64,000 nt of DNA, taken from positions 9,864,338-9,928,337 of the forward strand of contig NC_083444.1 in the NCBI RefSeq assembly GCF_020745735.1, read 5' to 3'. Under the pieces are notes generated by a model that worked only from the letters and a program-made list of their open reading frames with translations, made no database searches and was not told the DNA's origin. Source of the DNA: Hemiscyllium ocellatum (Eukaryota). A program made the position numbers and the translations under genes. This document shows, piece after piece, positions 59,239 to 64,000 of the stretch; positions within the stretch are counted from its first letter, which is position 1; each line of letters starts with the position of its first letter.

Positions 59239-59530
59239 AAATCCCTCCAACTCTTCCTATTCATGTTCAAAGTTCTTTATCTGCTGTCCTTCCCTGGTCT
59301 GGCCTACATGTGACTCCAGACCTCTGAAATGGCCACTCAGTTGTGTTCAAAAAGCAGCTCACCACCACCTCGAGAGACATTAGCGCTGCGCTGGCCGTCG
59401 TCCCCAAAAGTTGAATCAATACCTCTCACCTGAGCCGTCTGAGAGAGCCAAAGGCTGTTTGCTGCCTTCACGCAGCTTTTATGTGGTGGTGCGTTTCCAG
59501 TGAATGTTTTCCTTTCTCTGTCGCTGTCAG

Positions 59531-59635
59531 GAGAACGAACGGACCAAGGACTTGATCATTGAGCAGCGTTTACACCGATCCATCATCGGCCAGAAGGGAG
59601 AGAAGATCAAGGAAGTTCGCGACAAATTCCCTGAG
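59531..59635 (+). CDS. HDLBP: Vigilin coding exon 11
   Basis: ENERTKDLIIEQRLHRSIIGQKGEKIKEVRDKFPE; GTCAG| ... GAG|GTAAAG; 105 nt. Confidence 0.96.
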
Positions 59636-59738
59636 GTAAAAGCAATCTTCCACTACCCACCCGCCCACCACTCGTGGAGACATAGGCGGCAAAAAAGGAG
59701 TCCACTCGGCCCATTAGGTCTTTGCGCAAGCTTCCCAA

Positions 59739-60050
59739 TTAGATTAGATTACTTACAGTGTGGAAACAGGCCCTTCGGCCTAACAAGTCCACACCGACCC
59801 GCCGAAGCGCAACCCACCCATACCCCTACATTTACCCGTTACCTAACACTACGGGCAATTTATCCTGGCCAATTCACCTGACCCGCACATCTTTGGTCTG
59901 TGGGAGGAAACCGGAGCGCCCGGAGGAAACCCACGCAGACACGGGGAGAACGTGCAAACTCCACACAGTCAGTCGCCCGAGGCGGGAATTGAACCCAGGT
60001 CTCAGGTGCTGTGAGGCAGCAGTGCTAACCACTGTGCCACCGTGCTGCCC
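59739..60050 (-). mobile_element. Young full-length HE1-type SINE
   Basis: Nearly identical to 14945-15259. Confidence 0.92.
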
Positions 60051-60650
60051 ACTAGTCCCCCACTCCCTGATTTTTCCCCATAGCCTTAAAAATGTTTTCT
60101 TTTCAAATTCTTACCCATTTCCTCTTTTGATAGTTGCTGTTAAATCAGCTTCCACACACCGTGGCGAAGACCTGAGCATCTCGCTGTATTAAAAAATGCT
60201 TTCCACAACTCTCATTGGTTCCTTCAGCAATTATTTTATAATGCCTTCTTGTCTCCCAGTCTGTGGAAAGCATTTCTGTCTGTCAAACGCTTTCAAATCC
60301 CTTTCTTGTTTTGAACACCTCTGTCACATCTCCTTTGATCTTCTGTGTTTTAAAACGATCAATCAAAGCTTCTCAGTTTCTCTGAGTAGGTTAGAGTCAC
60401 ATTTACTGACTGATGTGGAGTGACACAATTCATGTGGGCTAGGCTTGTATTAGATAGCTTGTACTGTAGTTGGCTGAGGGCTGATTTAACTGAGGTGTTG
60501 AAGATATTTAAACAGTTTAATATGGCCAGTTGAGAGGAAACGAGGGAATCACAGTAGGAGCTTAGAATTGGAGCCAGGCGGGTTCAGGGTGATGCTGGGA
60601 GTCACTTGTTCACGCAGAGCAGAAGGGAAATCTGAATTGCAAACTCTCTC

Positions 60651-61003
60651 AGCCACGATGGCTCAATGGTTAGCTCTGCTGCCTCACATTGCTAGGGGCC
60701 TGGGTTCCAGCTTCAGGCAACTGTCTGTGTTGAGTTCACACACATTGTCACTGTGTCTGCGTGGGTTTCCTCTAGGTGCTATGGTTCCCCCCAACAGTCC
60801 AAAGATGCGCAGATTAGGGTGGATTGGCCATGGGAAATTGCTCCATTGTGTCCAGGGTTGTGCAGGCTAGGCGGGTCAGCCAGGGGAATTGTGTGGTTAC
60901 AGGGATAGGATACGAGGGTGTGTGTCTGGGTGGGATGCTCTTTGGAGGGTTGCTGTAGATTCGATGGGCTGAATGGCCTGCTTCACACCGGAGGGATTCT
61001 ATG
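60651..61003 (+). mobile_element. Diverged HE1-type SINE
   Basis: Head, V-domain, GGGATTCTATGA tail. Confidence 0.8.
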
Positions 61004-61248
61004 AAAACCATGATATAGTTTAATTGCAGAACCTCTTTAAGAGGCTGAATTTTTTTTTCCCTGGTCCTAATGTTAACAAGCTTCAGGAGCTGAACCGTCT
61101 CATCCTGGTGTTAAGTTTGAGGCACTGAATAACCTCCCTGTTTCTATGTAATATACTGAAGGCATCCTCCTTTTCCTGTGTAGCAGACTGGAATGGTTGA
61201 ATGACCTATTATTGAGGACCAGGGAATTGCCTCCTCTATTCCGAATGA

Positions 61249-61580
61249 ACAGGCTAGATGGGCTGAATGGTCTCTCCAGTTCCTGTGTAACAGGCTAGAT
61301 GGTCTAATTATCTCCTATACCTCTATAACAGGCTAGTTGGGCTGAATGGTCTCTCCAGTTCCTGTGTAACAGGCTAGATGGTCTGAATGGTCTCCTCCTG
61401 TCCCTGTAAAACAGGCTAGATGGGCTGAATGGTCTCCCCCTGTCCCTGTGTAACAGGCTAGATGGTCTGAATGGTCTCCTGTCCCTGTGTAACAGGCTAG
61501 ATGGGCTGAATGGTCTCCTCCTATCCCTGTGTAACAGGCTAGATGGGCTGAATGCTCTGCTTTTCCTGTGTAACAGGCGG
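61249..61580. repeat. 38-42-bp minisatellite derived from a CR1-type 3' tail
   Basis: ACAGGCTAGATGGGCTGAATGGTCTCCTCCTGTCCCTGTGTA units start at 61249, 61290, 61328, 61369, 61411, 61453, 61492, 61534 and 61573. Confidence 0.9.
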
Positions 61581-61694
61581 AAGGGATGAGTGGCCATTTC
61601 ATTCCAATGTTCTCATGTTGACTGTTTCCAGAGTAACTAACCATTCTGGTTTCCTCAGCCTTCAAAGAAAATTGTAGCTTTTTTCTCGCTCTAG

Positions 61695-61808
61695 GTAATC
61701 ATCAACTTCCCGGATCCTGTGCAGAAAAGTGACATTGTCCAGCTGCGCGGCCCCAAGAACGAGGTGGAGAAATGTGGGAAGTTCCTGCAGAAAGTCATCG
61801 CTGACTTG
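61695..61808 (+). CDS. HDLBP: Vigilin coding exon 12 (gene continues beyond the window)
   Basis: VIINFPDPVQKSDIVQLRGPKNEVEKCGKFLQKVIADL; CTCTAG| ... TTG|GTAAGT; 114 nt. Confidence 0.96.
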
Positions 61809-62191
61809 GTAAGTGATGGTGGCACTCCGGCCTGCTCAGTTCCCTGGTGCGTATTACTGTGGTACCTGGTACAATTGATTGGTGCTCCTGGGCAGACTTA
61901 AACTGGTGTCTTTGTATAGAACCCTTTGGGTTTTTCTTGCAAACCACTGCCCACTATCACAATCCCTACGCTTCTCTCCTCCCATCCCTTCTCAGGCAGC
62001 ACCCATCCGACCCGGCTGGTTGTGGAGAAAGGCCCTGAAATCCTGCTTGCATCCAGCGCTTCTGACAGGACCTCATTTCAACACTTGAAAAATAATGTGC
62101 TCATGGATGTTTCCCACAACAAAGCAGTGGGGTACATGAAGTTTTGTAGGCAGTTTATTAACATTCATGTGTTACAGATGACTATATAAAA

Positions 62192-63228
62192 TGTTAGGAT
62201 ATGGGGTAAACCCCTCTGCTAACCCTTGGGGCATAATTAAAGCTGATTGGCTGATTCACCCCGTGCTGTAATCTGTTAAAATTCGAGAGGGAAAGAACTA
62301 TCCCCAAAAGTCATTACGTAAAGTAACAATTAACAACTTTATTTTTAAAAGTCTAATTGAGAATAATTAACTAACAACTATTTATAACTCCTTTCTCTTA
62401 AACCTAGCTTTTAACTTCTCCTCTACAATACTGATCCGATAAAACAATCCTGATTGCAATTTACAAAAAAACAAATCACTTTTCAAAACCAGTCATCTTC
62501 GATTACCTACAGTGTGGAAACAGGCCCTTCGGCCCAAACAGTCCATACCGACCCTCCGAAGAGTAACCCACCCAGTCCCATTTCCCTCTGACTAATGCAC
62601 CTAACACTATGGGTAATTTAGCATGGCCAATTCACTCTAAACTGCACATCTTTGGACTGTGGAAGGAAACCGGAGCACCCAGAGAAAACCCACGCAGACA
62701 CAGGGAGAATGTGCAAACTCCACACAGACAGTCGCACGCGGCTGGAATCAAACCTGGGACCCTGGTGCTATGAGGCAGCAGTGCTAACCACTGAGCCACC
62801 GTGCCACCCCTGTAGATTTTCCTCTGTTTTCTTTTCTACTTCTTATGGATTCTGTTTCACGGGTCTTTGATAGATAAAGGTATCTTTAAGAGAGCAGTTC
62901 TGCAAGCAGTCTGTATTGTTTTGTTTTTGTTGGTCCTCTTTGCTGCTCTGACTAACTGTTCCAAAATGTCTGATATTTATACCCCAAAGCATTGGATTGT
63001 TTCATTGGTTTTATATTGTTAAAATACTGAATTCAAACTTGAATGGAGTTTAGTATCTTGGGGCATAATTAAAGCTGATTGGCTGAATTTGAAGTTGTTT
63101 TTGTATCCAAGCAACACAGCTCTTAGCTAGTTGTATGACTAAATGTTACATTGTTACCTTGTTCAGAACACTGTGCTAGAAATTTCAGCTCCCTCAAAAA
63201 GTTACAGTACACCCACAACTTCATATCA
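62192..63228. mobile_element. Solo LTR, family B, with nested minus-strand HE1 SINE (about 62500-62810)
   Basis: Collinear with 52977-53679 (GAGAATAATTAACTAACAAC, CCCCAAAGCATTGGATTGT, TGTTACATTGTTACCTT). Confidence 0.75.
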
Positions 63229-63693
63229 AGATGAAAAATTCTGTAAAGTTACTTGGTAAAAAAAAAACAATTTAAATACTGACCGATCTTTTAGTTGGTC
63301 TGAGTAACTCTGGCTCATGGATCTCACCAGGTAACAGTGGAAGCACAGGTTGCGGACCAGATCATTGCACAGAGTCTCAGTTTATCCTCAGAAGGCCAGA
63401 GCTCAGCACCAGAGACATCGCCACTCGGAGCATAATTAGGGCTCAGCTTTGATACTCAGTGAAGAGACCATGCATGGGAACTCACAACAGAGACGGAGAA
63501 ATGAGCAGGGTGGGGATAGGGCCAGATGTCTCCTGAATCTTGTTCCTGGTGTGAGATCACAGTCTTGGGGGAGGATCCTGCAACCCCATTCACATAGAGT
63601 CCATCCAGTCCATACTGACCACATTTCCCGAACTAAAACTATCCCACTTGTCTCCATTTGGCCCATATCCCTCTAAACTTTTCCTATTCATGA

Positions 63694-63924
63694 TGTGGAG
63701 GTGCCGCTGTTTGACTGGCATGGACAAAGTTAAAAATCATACAAGCCCAGGTTATAGTCCAACAGATTTATTTGTAAGTACAAGCTTTCGAAGTGCTGCT
63801 CTGTTATCTGGTAGCTAGTGGTGTTCAATGATCTTGCCCCACTAGTTACCTGACAAAGGAGCAGTGCTGCAAAAGCTTGTACTTCCAAATAAACCTTTGG
63901 ACTATAACCTGGTATTGTGTGATT
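63694..63924. mobile_element. Second family of Penelope-type palindrome with decayed hammerhead-like core
   Basis: Inverted arms CCAGGTTATAGTCCAA..AAGTACAAGCTTT / AAAGCTTGTACTT..TTGGACTATAACCTGG; core remnant CCTGACAAAGGAGCAGTGCTGCAAAAGCTT. Confidence 0.65.
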
Positions 63925-64000
63925 AGATTAGATTAGATTCCCGACAATATGGCAACAGTCCCTTCAGCCCAGCAAGTCCACACCAACCCTTCAAAGAGTA

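Noticed and set aside
61691-61700. Recursive splice site (AG|GTAATC) at the start of exon 12
   Set aside because: The GT is the Val codon that opens this vigilin exon; there is no other support.

Overview
Eukaryotic, repeat-rich vertebrate DNA. The HE1-type SINEs with (TAATC)n tails, CR1/HER1 LINE pieces and Deu-domain SINEs point to a shark, probably a carpet or bamboo shark (inference). One protein-coding gene spans the window on the + strand: the 5' half of a vigilin (HDLBP family) gene. It has a CpG/CRE-rich promoter near 590-820, two predicted non-coding 5' exons, and 12 phase-consistent GT-AG coding exons from 21521 to 61808 (1722 nt, 574 codons). The gene continues past the window end. 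Introns hold SINEs, LINE fragments, solo LTRs, Penelope-derived palindromes, minisatellites, a degenerate tRNA-Ser(UGA) and a 161-nt assembly gap. Top observations: (1) a decayed Harbinger transposon in coding intron 5 still has two open, spliceable exons (35346-35490, 35614-36386) that are in frame with vigilin exon 5, predicting a 593-aa vigilin-Harbinger fusion isoform or a domesticated nested gene; (2) a dispersed family of short Penelope-derived foldback elements carrying minimal hammerhead-ribozyme cores; (3) a terminator-less tRNA-Ser gene directly upstream of a young HE1 SINE. All family assignments come from motif recognition by eye; no database search was run.
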